From Rhynchobatus australiae (Eukaryota), in NCBI GenBank assembly GCA_034780895.1, contig JAUZTB010000127.1, positions 35,249,869 through 35,313,868 on the forward strand: a DNA stretch of 64,000 nt. The letters run 5' to 3'. The notes below the pieces were generated by a model. That model did not search any database, was not told the DNA's origin, and worked only from the letters and a program-made list of their open reading frames with translations. Both the position numbers and the translations under genes were made by a program. Position 1 is the first letter of the stretch. The number at the start of each line of letters is the position of its first letter. Below, piece after piece: positions 20,580 to 33,000 of the stretch.

Positions 20580-21525
20580 NNNNNNNNNNNNNNNNNNNNN
20601 NNNNNNNNNNNNNNNNNNNNNNNNNNNNNNNNNNNNNNNNNNNNNNNNNNNNNNNNNNNNNNNNNNNNNNNNNNNNNNNNNNNNNNNNNNNNNNNNNNNN
20701 NNNNNNNNNNNNNNNNNNNNNNNNNNNNNNNNNNNNNNNNNNNNNNNNNNNNNNNNNNNNNNNNNNNNNNNNNNNNNNNNNNNNNNNNNNNNNNNNNNNN
20801 NNNNNNNNNNNNNNNNNNNNNNNNNNNNNNNNNNNNNNNNNNNNNNNNNNNNNNNNNNNNNNNNNNNNNNNNNNNNNNNNNNNNNNNNNNNNNNNNNNNN
20901 NNNNNNNNNNNNNNNNNNNNNNNNNNNNNNNNNNNNNNNNNNNNNNNNNNNNNNNNNNNNNNNNNNNNNNNNNNNNNNNNNNNNNNNNNNNNNNNNNNNN
21001 NNNNNNNNNNNNNNNNNNNNNNNNNNNNNNNNNNNNNNNNNNNNNNNNNNNNNNNNNNNNNNNNNNNNNNNNNNNNNNNNNNNNNNNNNNNNNNNNNNNN
21101 NNNNNNNNNNNNNNNNNNNNNNNNNNNNNNNNNNNNNNNNNNNNNNNNNNNNNNNNNNNNNNNNNNNNNNNNNNNNNNNNNNNNNNNNNNNNNNNNNNNN
21201 NNNNNNNNNNNNNNNNNNNNNNNNNNNNNNNNNNNNNNNNNNNNNNNNNNNNNNNNNNNNNNNNNNNNNNNNNNNNNNNNNNNNNNNNNNNNNNNNNNNN
21301 NNNNNNNNNNNNNNNNNNNNNNNNNNNNNNNNNNNNNNNNNNNNNNNNNNNNNNNNNNNNNNNNNNNNNNNNNNNNNNNNNNNNNNNNNNNNNNNNNNNN
21401 NNNNNNNNNNNNNNNNNNNNNNNNNNNNNNNNNNNNNNNNNNNNNNNNNNNNNNNNNNNNNNNNNNNNNNNNNNNNNNNNNNNNNNNNNNNNNNNNNNNN
21501 NNNNNNNNNNNNNNNNNNNNNNNNN

Positions 21526-22720
21526 TCATTTAGTCTTTACAATTATCCATCACTGTAACGTTCTTTTAAATCTCTGCACTCCAGTGAAATCAACTTCTTT
21601 CCTGTAATCTGGTGACCAGAACTGCACGTAGCATTCAAGCTGTGGTTTAACTAATGTTGTATAGTTCTAGCATCACCTCCCCTCTCAGCTAATGAAGAAA
21701 AGCCTGCCATACATGTCTATAATCACCTTATTGACCTGCTTCCTTTAAGGATCTGCGAGTCCCTTTGATCTCTCGCATTACTCAATATCCTCCCATTTAT
21801 GAGATATCCCTTTGTCTTTTTGTACCTCCACAAGTGAATTACCTCACGCTTCTCTGGATCAAATTCGATTCCACCCAAATGACCAGATCATTTATATTTT
21901 CTCAAGTCCAAAACTCTCCTTAGTGTCAGCACAGCCAATTTTTTTTGCGTCACTTGATTTTTTGTTTTATCATACCTCCTACATTTAGGTCCAACGATAT
22001 TTAATACAAAAAGCAGGGGACCACGTATTGAGCCTTGTGCAATCCCACTGGTAAGTTTTCCCATCACAAAGACCTGCTAAACCTTTACCCTTTCCATGCC
22101 TCTGAACAAATTTATAATCTGATGAAATGTCACTGACTCAGAGCATTGACGTTGTTTTCCTCTCTCTGTGGATGCTGTCTGACATACTTTTGATTTGAAT
22201 TTAATTTGCCATTCAGTCTTGGATCCCATGGGCTTTTTTTGACCAAGCTGTTATGTGGGTCATTGCCAAAAATCTTGCTGAAATCCATATTGACTACATC
22301 AAACACATTGCCTCCATTGGCCTTCCTTGTTACCTCCTCAAAAAATGTTAATCATGCTCATTAGACATGAACTTCACTTAGCAAATCCATGCACCTATTC
22401 CCAATTAAATTGACTTTTTATGCTGCCCCTTAGAATTGATTCCAAATAATATGCCTACAACCAAAATCAAACAAACTAGCCTGCAATTACTTCACTTTCC
22501 CTGCCTCTCTCTTCAAACAATCTCCCAATCCACTGGCTCAACCCCTATTATAAGGGAGGATGAAAAAATTGCAAATTAGAACCACCACAATTTCCAACCT
22601 TGCTTCTTTTAACAGCTAGGGATATATTTCATCTGGACCTGGCAATGTATCCATTTTCAAAGATGCCAAACACATTAATGCTTTTTACAATATTTATCCA
22701 TCCCATATTTTACACTCATT
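21526..22720 (-). mobile_element. Decayed CR1 ORF2 between the KCTD5 3' end and the UBE2I promoter
   Basis: GGTGACCAGAACTGCACGTAGCATTCAAGCTGTGGT (reverse of PQLECYVQFWSP) and further RT motifs; interrupted by a short Penelope-type repeat at ~22110-22190. Confidence 0.8.
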
Positions 22721-24779
22721 CACATCAACATCATCCCCTCCTATAGTGAAGACATTTGCATATTATTCACCTTACCCTTATACCCCACCTCTGCATCATC
22801 ATGGTTACTATTACATCCCCCACTTTCTATTGTTACCCTTTTGCTCTTTATGTACTTAAAATAACTCTGGATTTTCTTATTTTACTTGCTAGTGTGTTTT
22901 TCCCCCACGGACTCTGTTTCCTTGCTTTCCTTTCTTTCCTATATTTTCTACACTATACTGATGCTCTGCTGTATTAAGTTGTTAATTTCTGATATATGCT
23001 TCCCTTTGTTGCATTCTCTTACCCTTTATGTACCAGGTCATCTAGATTGCTCATTCTGAGTTTGGGCTTACATTCAAGCAGAGTTGCCCACTTCAACGTG
23101 TTTGTTTTGTTTCAGTCAAATGGTACTGTCAGTCTCCAGTCTGTTGGCTTGTTTTTGGAGCTGGGAAGCAGACATGGAACTGTACCTGCACTTACCCAAT
23201 TCGGTAATTGTGTGAAGGACTCTGGGGCAAATTCAGCATTATCAGGCAGTGTTGAACACATTCGATACCATTACACTCAGACCAAGGGATGGGATTTTAT
23301 TTTGTTCAGCCAAATCCAGAAATTTACATAAAAACTTTCAGCTTATTCAAATTTATCACAAGAAAATGAAGCAAACTTTGGAAGAATGATCAGTAATAGC
23401 TTAGCTTACAACACTCCCTATTGATTGCAATCTGCTCCTGGGGATCAACATCAGTAATTCTTGATAACAGTTTATATGGATTCCACAAACAAAAAAAAAG
23501 CAACTATACTTTTGCTATTGTAAAGAGAAAGGGACCCCCTTGGACATGCACATAGCCCTTAAAAGATTAATGATGCATCGTCTGCAGCCCTGGACTATTT
23601 TTGGAGAACAGGAACTGAGCTCTGCATTGCACTGCCCTCAAGTGGAATCATAAATAAAGCAAGTTATTAATCAATTTTCTCCTCTCCTTCTCTGCTGGTA
23701 ATTGTGTGGTGGAGCACAGTTTGCAAAGCCAGTCAGTCTCCAATACTCAGTGGTAATTCCTCTCTGGTGGATAATTTGAAGGAAGAGACACCCATGAAAC
23801 AGTGACGAGAACCAGGATTCTAGCCTGGCTACACACTTCCCAATCTAGATTTAAATTGTAGCCTCCTGCTGTCCTTGTGGCTCAGACTTATTAATTTATC
23901 TTCTCTTCCACCAAAATTACAATTAATTTACCCATTAACTATAAATACCTACAGAAATACATTTGGCCCAGATAATGAGTATTTACAACATTTTCTGTTT
24001 CCATTTCTAAAGCAACCAAAATACTTTCTAATAGTAATTCAAAATGATTCTGCTTCTTCCATCCAGACCATTATTTCTGTACATTTTTTCACCTTGAATT
24101 CTTAGTCCCTCTGCTCTTTAATCTCCCGTCACCCATCCATCATAGATGCTTTTTTCCCTCTAGTCTATGTCTCCACCTCAACACTGCCATCTTCTATATT
24201 TCCTCATTCCGACAAAAGGTTAAACATTTAAACATTAACTATTTCTCTCACCACAGGTGCTGCCTGGCCTGCTGACCATTTCTACCATTCTCTATTTTTA
24301 ATTGATTTATGGCATCTGTACTATTTTACATTTGAATAGCTGGGACTTGGCTCAGAACGTGAGGGGTTTGCCACAGGTAGAGACTGCACAAAGAAATGCA
24401 GATTTTGCAGACCCCTGTACAAAGAAGGGAGCCTGGATTCCAACCAGCAATTACGGTGTATTCAGTGTATATGGTTTTGATTAAGTAATTCAGTTTGGGA
24501 GCAGGATGCAGTTCCTTGATGCACAATGCATCCACATCAATCCCTCCACTTAGTAAACATACTGTAGGTTTGGAAGGGTGACAGCAACTGTCCAGAGGTT
24601 AGATAAACCCAAATGACAAGCGAGAGGCTCTGGAAGCACTTTGCTGAGGATTTTCGCAATGGAAATGGAGAGAGTAGCATTTTGATAGGCACTTGAACAT
24701 TCACTGCTCATCGAGATTGTAATTTGAGCTGTGCAAGGACCACTTTGATTAGAAATCATTTCAAATTATATTATAATGA

Positions 24780-25110
24780 CACAAAAGGAGGCTAGTTAGC
24801 CCATTATCTCCATGCCAGCTCCCAGGGGAGCAGTACCATTAGTCCCACTCCCCTATTGTCAGTTAACCCACAATTTATTCTCTCTTACAAATACCCATCA
24901 ACTCCTTTTTGATTCTTCTTGCCATTAATCCACACTTAGAGGTAGCTTAAAAAAAGTCAGTTAATCTGCCAGCATGACTTTGGGATGTAGGAGGGAACTG
25001 GAGTGCCCAGAGGAAGTCCATGCAGCTGGAGCAAGAACATGCAAACAGAGACCCAAGGTCAGGATCAAACCTGTGGTTTGAACGATGTGGCAGCAACACA
25101 AGGTGTGGCA
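24780..25110 (-). mobile_element. tRNA-derived SINE
   Basis: CTTTGGGATGTAGGAGGGAACTGGAGTGCCCAGAGGAAGTCCATGCAG...GGTCAGGATCAAACC is the reverse of the SINE body. Confidence 0.75.
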
Positions 25111-25738
25111 TGTTGCAATACAAACATGAGTGGAAGGACAAAAAACTGCAGATGCTAGAATTCTGAAATAAAACTATAAATGCCTGGAATACCAAGGTCA
25201 GGCACAGGCAGGATCTATGGANNNNNNNNNNAGGCGGGAAAATTGTTGGTCAATCAGAATGCAGGGAGAGAGAAACAACTAAAGTTTCATGTCAATGAAT
25301 ATGCATTGATCCCAAATGTAAACTTTCAACATATTCTACCAGACCTCTTGAGCACTTCCAGCACTTTGTTCTGATGAGGGAAAGTGTTGCAGGTCTGCTT
25401 AAATACCAATGTAAAAGGTTTCAGGCTGTGTAAACACAAGGATCAGAGGGTATGGAACACCATAACCAGAGGTAACATTTTGTAATCGTGTTTTGGCAGG
25501 TGTAGATGTTGCCTGCCTATCAATTCGTTCCTGCCCACCGCAGCCCCCCCCCCCACCCCAAAAAACACTTACTTTGTCTTTTTGCAGGGTATCATTTCAT
25601 GGCCAGCTGGCACTTATACCCAAATGACTAATTTTCCTGTGGCAAGTCAGATCAGGAATTGTTTAAGGAAGCTATTTTAATATGGGAAGGAGGCCTGGAT
25701 AGTAAATGCTCTCACATTCTGTTTGTATGTCTCAATAA

Positions 25739-25764
<26 letters not shown>
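25739..25764. repeat. (GA)n microsatellite
   Basis: About 13 AG dinucleotide units. Confidence 0.95.
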
Positions 25765-25770
<6 letters not shown>

Positions 25771-26795
25771 TATTTTCATTGAGTAAGGGAGAGGGAGAAG
25801 GAACACTCAACTTCAGTTACAGGCTTAACATGAGTTCCTTATGTAGGATAAACTCAGTGCAGATGGTAGCTAACNNNNNNNNNNNNNNNNNNNNNNNNNN
25901 NNNNNNNNNNNNNNNNNNNNNNNNNNGTAGTTTCTGACAGCAAGAAATGTGCTTAATTATTGAAATATGGTTCTGAAATTGTGTCATTTCAGCAAGTCCA
26001 AGGGTTGGATTTGTTTGGACAATTTTTATATAAAGGTTTAAAACATATGGAAAAAGTTTAGCAGCTTAACCTATAGGTATTTCATCTTTAATAATCCACA
26101 AGAACCCTAAAAAATATATACAAAGGAATTCTAAAGCATACAAACCACTTCAAACAGCAATTAGTGAAATAAAAAGCAGTAAACCAGGCAACCAGATTGA
26201 AAATATCCCATCAGAATTTAACGGTTTCTTTAACTCATTTATTTCCCCAAACAATGAGCTTTAATTGAAACTACTTTTAGTTGACAGTGGGTGCTGAATT
26301 CCTTAACCAAACTTTTTATGCCCATCTCCCAGTCCTTTCCAGAGCACCCAGCCAACTAAAACAGCCTATTTACAAGGTACAGTGAGTGATGATGACCCAG
26401 CCACTAAACATGTTTCTTCTTGCCACATACATAACCATTTATAAAGGAACTAGTGTAATCAAAGTGGCTCTGGGTGGAAGTGTGCATCTGTTGAATGAGA
26501 CACAGCCTTCATTCTGTAATTGATAAACTGTACCTCAGTTATACACTTGATTCAGGCTCCAGGTTTCTTTGTAAAATAACAAGCTAGTTCTTTTGTAAAC
26601 AGGAGTTCATTGGTCTAATCCCAGGAGGGAAAGGAAGCATCAGAGCAGCCCTCTGGCCAGATGAGTCCCTGATATGGAGGTATCAATGCTGCTCCCAGCT
26701 AGCACAGACAGGCTTCAATATATGGCCGTCTTTATAATGCATAAACATTTCTAAACCCTTGAAGTGTTCACTGTCAGTTAGAAAACTCTGTGCAA

Positions 26796-26900
26796 GGGAG
26801 AGGGCGAGGGGGGGGAAGGGGACGAGAAAGGGCGAGGGGGGGGAAGGGGACCAGAAAGGGAGGGGGGGGGGGAAGGGGACCAGAAAGGGTGAGCGAGAGA
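26796..26900. repeat. G-rich tandem repeat (~29-30 bp x3) in the KCTD5 3'UTR
   Basis: (GGGCGAG)GGGGGGGAAGGGGAC(C/G)AGAAA repeated three times. Confidence 0.85.
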
Positions 26901-27047
26901 AAGAGGAGAAAAATCAATCCATTTTTAAAGATTTTGCAAGAAATGTTCATGTCACAGAGCATTTAGGTTTGTCTCTGTTTCCATTTGCATTTCTTCTGAC
27001 AGTACAATAACTTTAAGCTCCTTCCATGGTCAAGGTCAATACTGACT

Positions 27048-27077
27048 TCACATCCGCGATCCACGTTCTTGCAGAAT
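27048..27077 (-). CDS. KCTD5: KCTD5 last coding exon
   Basis: ttctcttatag|ATT CTG CAA GAA CGT GGA TCG CGG ATG TGA = ILQERGSRM*. Confidence 0.96.
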   Translation of the reverse strand: MLQERGSRM

Positions 27078-30000
27078 CTATAAGAGAAAATAAATCAATT
27101 GTGATAACCCCAGCATCACAGCTGCTTAAATTACCTTGGGCAACAGCCCATACTATACCATGGTCAATAAGGTAACATCTTGAGCTAGCTTGTTTATCCA
27201 TTTACAAAGCTGAAACTACTTTGTACAACTTCCTGTCTTGTGGAGAAGGCTTAGAGGATGATTCTTAATCTCCCTACAATTTAACACTCTTCAGATGAAA
27301 TAAAGATCATCAGCCAAGATTTCTGCTTCTCAATGGAATCCAGTGACCTCTCTTGATATGAGGATTGGGCTCAATAGTTGATGGCTGCCCATCTCTAATA
27401 ATGTTTTCTCTGGCAATATTACCACTGTCAACAAAGAACTGTGGCATAACTATTCCCCACGGAAATGTGATTCAAGAATCAGTACCTCACTGGTAGGATT
27501 AAAAGCAAAGAATGCAACAGAATGATGGAGCAGCTTTCATCTTAAAAGGTTGGCCCCCTTACCCTGTCTCTCCCTANNNNNNNNNNNNNNNNNNNNNNNN
27601 NNNNNNNNNNNNNNNNNNNNNNNNNNNNNNNNNNNNNNNNNNNNNNNNNNNNNNNNNNNNNNNNNNNNNNNNNNNNTACCCTGTCTCTCCCTAACTTAAA
27701 ATTGTAACAAGGGACAAAACTACTTTGTTAACAGGAATCAGGGATTCAGACTGAGTGTTGCATGAATATGCAGGCAACACGTAGGGCAAGGACAGGTCTT
27801 GCTAGTCTGGACAGGGCTCCCAAAAACTTGTTGTTTATACATTTACCTGTAGATACAGTACATTTCTTAGCACCGCAGAAGCAGGACATTGCAGTGGAGG
27901 TGAGGTAATTGCGCTTGGACTATTTCTGTTTCTGCAATATATTCTGACTGACAAGCAAAATTGTTTTGATCTTCAGCTAAAGAGAACCTCTGGGTAGCTG
28001 CAGTGCACATGCTGGCTTGTTCCTGACCTCTATCCATGCACAATGCAGTGCAGGTGTTGGGTGCAAGCCCCTCAGCTTTATGCCAACTATGCAAGGACAT
28101 CCCTAATTACTTGAATGGAGTGCTGACCTGCATCTAATAGTCTAGATGCAAGCTTTTTTTGCCTTCACTATTTTTAATTAATTTCTAGAACTGAAACATT
28201 TCAAGTAAAATAAAAAAAATAAACTTTTTTTGTAATTTTTAAAAATCCATTTGAACAGTATTTAAATATCTTTGATCAGAGCATTTAAAAGAGGTTAAAA
28301 TGCATTTGACTGCGGTGAGCTGTCAAAAGACCATCAAGGCATTCCATGAGACCTCAGTATCTACTGCCTGAGGCCTCCTCACAGTCCATGGAATGGCTGT
28401 GGCAATCCAACTATCAGTTATTACTGCATTTGGTTTGGATAACATTGTGCAAGTGCTTGAAGCATAGAAATGCAACAGATTCAAACTAGGATGGACAGGG
28501 ATTTTATCTGACCTTCTCCAAAGATGTTGAAACTGAACTGGTGTGGTTTTTGACGTGCCTTAGTCAAAATGCCATTTTCCAAACAGAAGATGGAATATTA
28601 GGTATTGCCAAGCAATCCAACTGTAAAAGCAAAGCTACACTACATGTCAACTAGGCAATCAAGGCAAGATGAATTTTGGGCCTGAAGCTAATTGTTGCAC
28701 AGTTACCCTCAGCTCAGCTAACTTAGATCCAAGGATGAAGGGCAAGTCTGGCTCTTGCGATGCAATGGACTCTAGCTTCTACATTTGTTAACCAAACCAT
28801 ATTTCCTATAAGGAATGGACATGAACACACTGACAGCATTGGGAGTAAACACAGTGAGCTCCTGTGCAATGAACAGTTCTGCTTATGTTTTCTCCCCCAT
28901 TGTTCCACATTTCTATAGACTAAATTTATGGAGTTGAAGTCATGCAACTCACAACAGTGAAACTAATGTTCCAAGGGTCAGTCTTCCTTTTTCGGATGCA
29001 TAAAGAAAATAAGACATTAAGGAAGAGAGTGTAAAGAACCAATCATGGAAGACCAAATTACCTTGACTGAAAACATACCCTTCTCTGCTCAGTTTCTTTC
29101 CATTTCAAGCAGAATGAGTTAGGTTAGCATGGTATCCCATTATTAAGGGAAGCCTTGGCTGAAATAGGACATGCTGTCATAAAAAATGTTAAAAGCTGTC
29201 CTCTCATGGGAGTCCATCCCTCTCTGACCCAGTCTATTCACAAGTATGGCATATTTGTTTAAGCCAATCGAGGTGATGCAGTCTGTTTTCCCACTGTCTC
29301 GTATAACTTGTGTATAATTCATATTCTGTGCATTTTCTGTACCTGCATGCCTGTAATGCTGTTGCAAGTTTTTCATTGTACTGTACCTCACCGTACTTGT
29401 GCACATGATAATGAACTTGACTAAACACATATCCTTATGTACACAAATGTTCTTTTCCCACCTCTACCATCACCTAATCCATACCTCCCCTAGTCCCCTC
29501 ATCCCAATCTTTATTCCCTCTAGACTTGACTAACCCATCACCCCTCCATTCACTTCCCCCTCAATTCCTCAAACTTGAAATCATCCAAACATTGCTCCCT
29601 AGGTCCTATATCACACCATGTTCCATGCACCATACACTTGTGCTCACTCAGCTACAATGATTCCAGGTAAAGCATCGATATTAAAATTCTTATGCTCCTC
29701 TTCAAATGCTTGCCTAAACTCTTAGTTCTAGAATTCCCTCCATAAATCTCCATCTCTCTTCACTTGAGGCACTTCTCAAACCAAGCAATGGTCAAGCTTT
29801 TGGTCATTTGTCCAAAGTTCCTTAAGCAACGACCTCAATTTTTGTTTGATAAATTCCTTTGCATGCCTTCTTTATTTTTAAAGACACCCTATAAAGAGAA
29901 GCTGTTGTGGTCAGAAGGCAAGTACAGGGTGAATGCCTTGGGCCCAAGCAGCAGGTGCTGGAGGATTAACATACTTACTAACTCTGAGCCTGGGCTGAAA

Positions 30001-33000
30001 AGTGAGGAATTCTTGGTGACACTGAACATGTGAACAAATTGATGGATTGGAGTTGGAGTTAGGCCATGTCTTTCAGTCTGGCCATATCAGAGATAAAATG
30101 GCATCAGCTCTCCTCACTTTCTGCTTCCAGCCTGAAATATAAGGTTTTTCATATTTCTTCAATTCTGAAACCCTGAGTCACAGGCAGCAACACAAACTAA
30201 AGGCCCATTGTAGGTCGGATATGATGGCAGAATATAGTATTAATGGTAGGACTCTATGCAGTGTGGAGGATCAGAGGGATCTTGGGGTCCGAGTCCATAG
30301 GACTCTCAAACGTTGACTCTGTGNNNNNNNNNNNNNNNNNNNNNNNNNNNNNNNNNNNNNNNNNNNNNNNNNNNNNNNNNNNNNNNNNNNNNNNNNNNNN
30401 NNNNNNNNNNNNNNNNNNNNNNNGGTTTAAGGTGCTGGGGAGTAGATATAGAGGAGATGTCCGGGGAAAGTTTTTTACTCAGAGAGTAGTGAGTGCGTGG
30501 GATTGGCTGCCGGAAATGGTGGTGGAGGCGGATACGATAGGGTCTTTCAAGAGACTGTTAGATAGGTACCTGGAGCTAAATAAAATAGAGGGCTATGGGT
30601 AAGCATAGTAATATCTAGGGTAGGGACATATTCGGCACAGCTTTGTAGGCCAAAGGGCCTGAATTGTGCCGTAGTTTTTCTATGTTCTAACAAGCATCAA
30701 TGGATGCAATTCAGGTTGTGGAGTTGCTGTGTGGGGCCCATAGTGACGAGGCAACATAATGCTTGTAATTGTCAATATTTCAGCAACATTTTGTACTCAG
30801 TCTGATACAGTTGACAACAGGCACTTCGTGGTATTTTACAGAAGCTCTCTAAATCAAAGAATGCTCTCCTAAGGTTGAATGTATCAAATATCTCTGCTCG
30901 TAGTACAGCAGAGCATGTAACAGCAGGGTAACACACAGCACAAAACTGTACTACCAGGCAGCAAGCATCCAGGCTGGTCAAGGGCAGGGCAGAGCAAGGC
31001 AAATGACAGTTAGGGTCACGGATGGCAACTCTACAGAGGCAAGGGCAAACTGAGGGGAACTGAGAGGATCTGTGCTTTTTCCAACGGATCACTCGTGCTC
31101 ACCGGTACATTTTATTTCAAATTAATCTGAGTCAATCATATCGTAATCCGTTTCTTCATCGTCGCTCTGGATTCAGCATGCAGCATGCAGAAATGTAAAC
31201 AGGAAGGAAGACATTGTTGTAGGCAATAGTTTCCGAACTCTAGTCAAGAATGTCAGCAACAGGAAATGTAAAAATAAATGTGCTCAAATAAAATAGTGGA
31301 AAAAGATTAGCAAAAGGTTACCTCATCTGCTATTTTCACAAATTTGAACTCCAATAATCCAAAACCATCTTTTACAGCTATCTTCTTCTGGAGTTATGGA
31401 CCCATAATGGGATGCCAAGGGAGGTGGTTGCATTCATTATTTCACCCAGATGGAGCATTAGCAAGCCCCTCACTACTCATAGTTCACCTAACACCAAGCT
31501 GAGCTCAGGTGTTTATAAACTTCACCAGGGACCGAGCAGGATGAGAGCAATGTCTGATTTTCCTCACTCCTTGTTCAATGAACACTTTGTTGAGCTTAGT
31601 TCAGTGGGACATCAGGCAGCATAAATTTCTGTGCACCATCTTACTTAAGCACCAATCCCAAAGCACATAAACCACACTGGAGCATATTGTTGACTTGAGC
31701 TTGAAACTTGGAGTCACAACCCAAAACTGGAATGATGGCTCACATTGTAGCTGTTCACTGTTAAGTCTTTGGCAACTGGCTAGAGACATCACTGAGCTGG
31801 AAAATGAACTACTAGCTACAGAACTGCCTTGGGTGGGTTGACATGAAAACACTCCCCTTCCCTCCTACTCCAAATGAGTGGCACAGTTAGTCAATCTACT
31901 GTCTCTCAGTGCCCATGTCCAAGATAAAATCCTGTCTGTGTGTTCACATGTTCTCTCTGTGACCTTGTGGATTTCCTCCTGATGCCCCTGATTTCTCCCA
32001 CATGCTGAAGGTATATGAGTTGGTGGGTTAATTGGCCACTGTAAATTGCCCTAGTGGTAAAATAGATCACATGGAAAATTAGTGGAAGAATGGGGTTGCT
32101 CCAAGTCAGATGAATGACCTCCTACCATGCTCTAAGGAAATATGGAGAGATCACACTGTGAAGGCACTTGCTGCTTCTCTGAGCACTGCAGCGTCATCCA
32201 CTTCCCGAAAGATAAACATTAAATACTCTATTGCGAGATAAAAGCAAACTCTTTCAGGACATCAGTCATGTAATTATATACCAAATTAAATGTACTTTAC
32301 TGAACTAAGGCTGTGGCTATATTGACAGCTAGCCATTCAAGACTAAAAAAGTGCATGGTGATAACACGTTCGGACAGGCACATGGACGTGAAAGGTTAAG
32401 AGGCATTTGAGCCAACACAGGCAAATTGGATTAGTTTAAGATAAGCATCTTGGTTGTCATTGTCTAACTCTAGGATTCTATGACTCTAAAAGTTACTTTA
32501 ATTATTCACTTAGAACACAAGCTGTTAAAACTGCTGCAACAAAAAAGGCACAATAATCTAATTCTATAAATGAATGGACTAATGCTGACCACTGTGATTT
32601 GTGACATTGTGCAGAAATAATCAAAACAGGAAGCAGTGTGAGGTGGTGAATTAGTCAGTGACTGAATGCTCAAATGTGTTCATATAATCNNNNNNNNNNN
32701 NNNNNNNNNNNNNNNNNNNNNNNNNNNNNNNNNNNNNNNNNNNNNNNNNNNNNNNNNNNNNNNNNNNNNNNNNNNNNNNNNNNNNNNNNNNNNNNNNNNN
32801 NNNNNNNNNNNNNNNNNNNNNNNNNNNNNNNNNNNNNNNNNNNNNNNNNNNNNNNNNNNNNNNNNNNNNNNNNNNNNNNNNNNNNNNNNNNNNNNNNNNN
32901 NNNNNNNNNNNNNNNNNNNNNNNNNNNNNTGTCCCTAAGGATTTGATCTGGATAGAGCTTTTTTTATTTTTAACCACCAGTTAGAATCAATGGTAAATAG

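Larger units (their letters stand above)
23296..26243 (-). terminator. Candidate KCTD5 poly(A) signals: proximal 26238-26243, distal 23296-23301
   Basis: Plus-strand TTTATT motifs, each at the end of AU-rich unique 3'UTR-like blocks. Confidence 0.4.

Noticed and set aside
20138-21607. Long ORFs of 346-463 aa in the ORF track
   Set aside because: They are open only because they cross the 946-N gap; the real bases are GC-rich promoter sequence.
25355-25392. CTGATGA..GAAA hammerhead-like string
   Set aside because: There is no stem II between the boxes and no convincing stem I/III; it is likely a rearranged repeat remnant.
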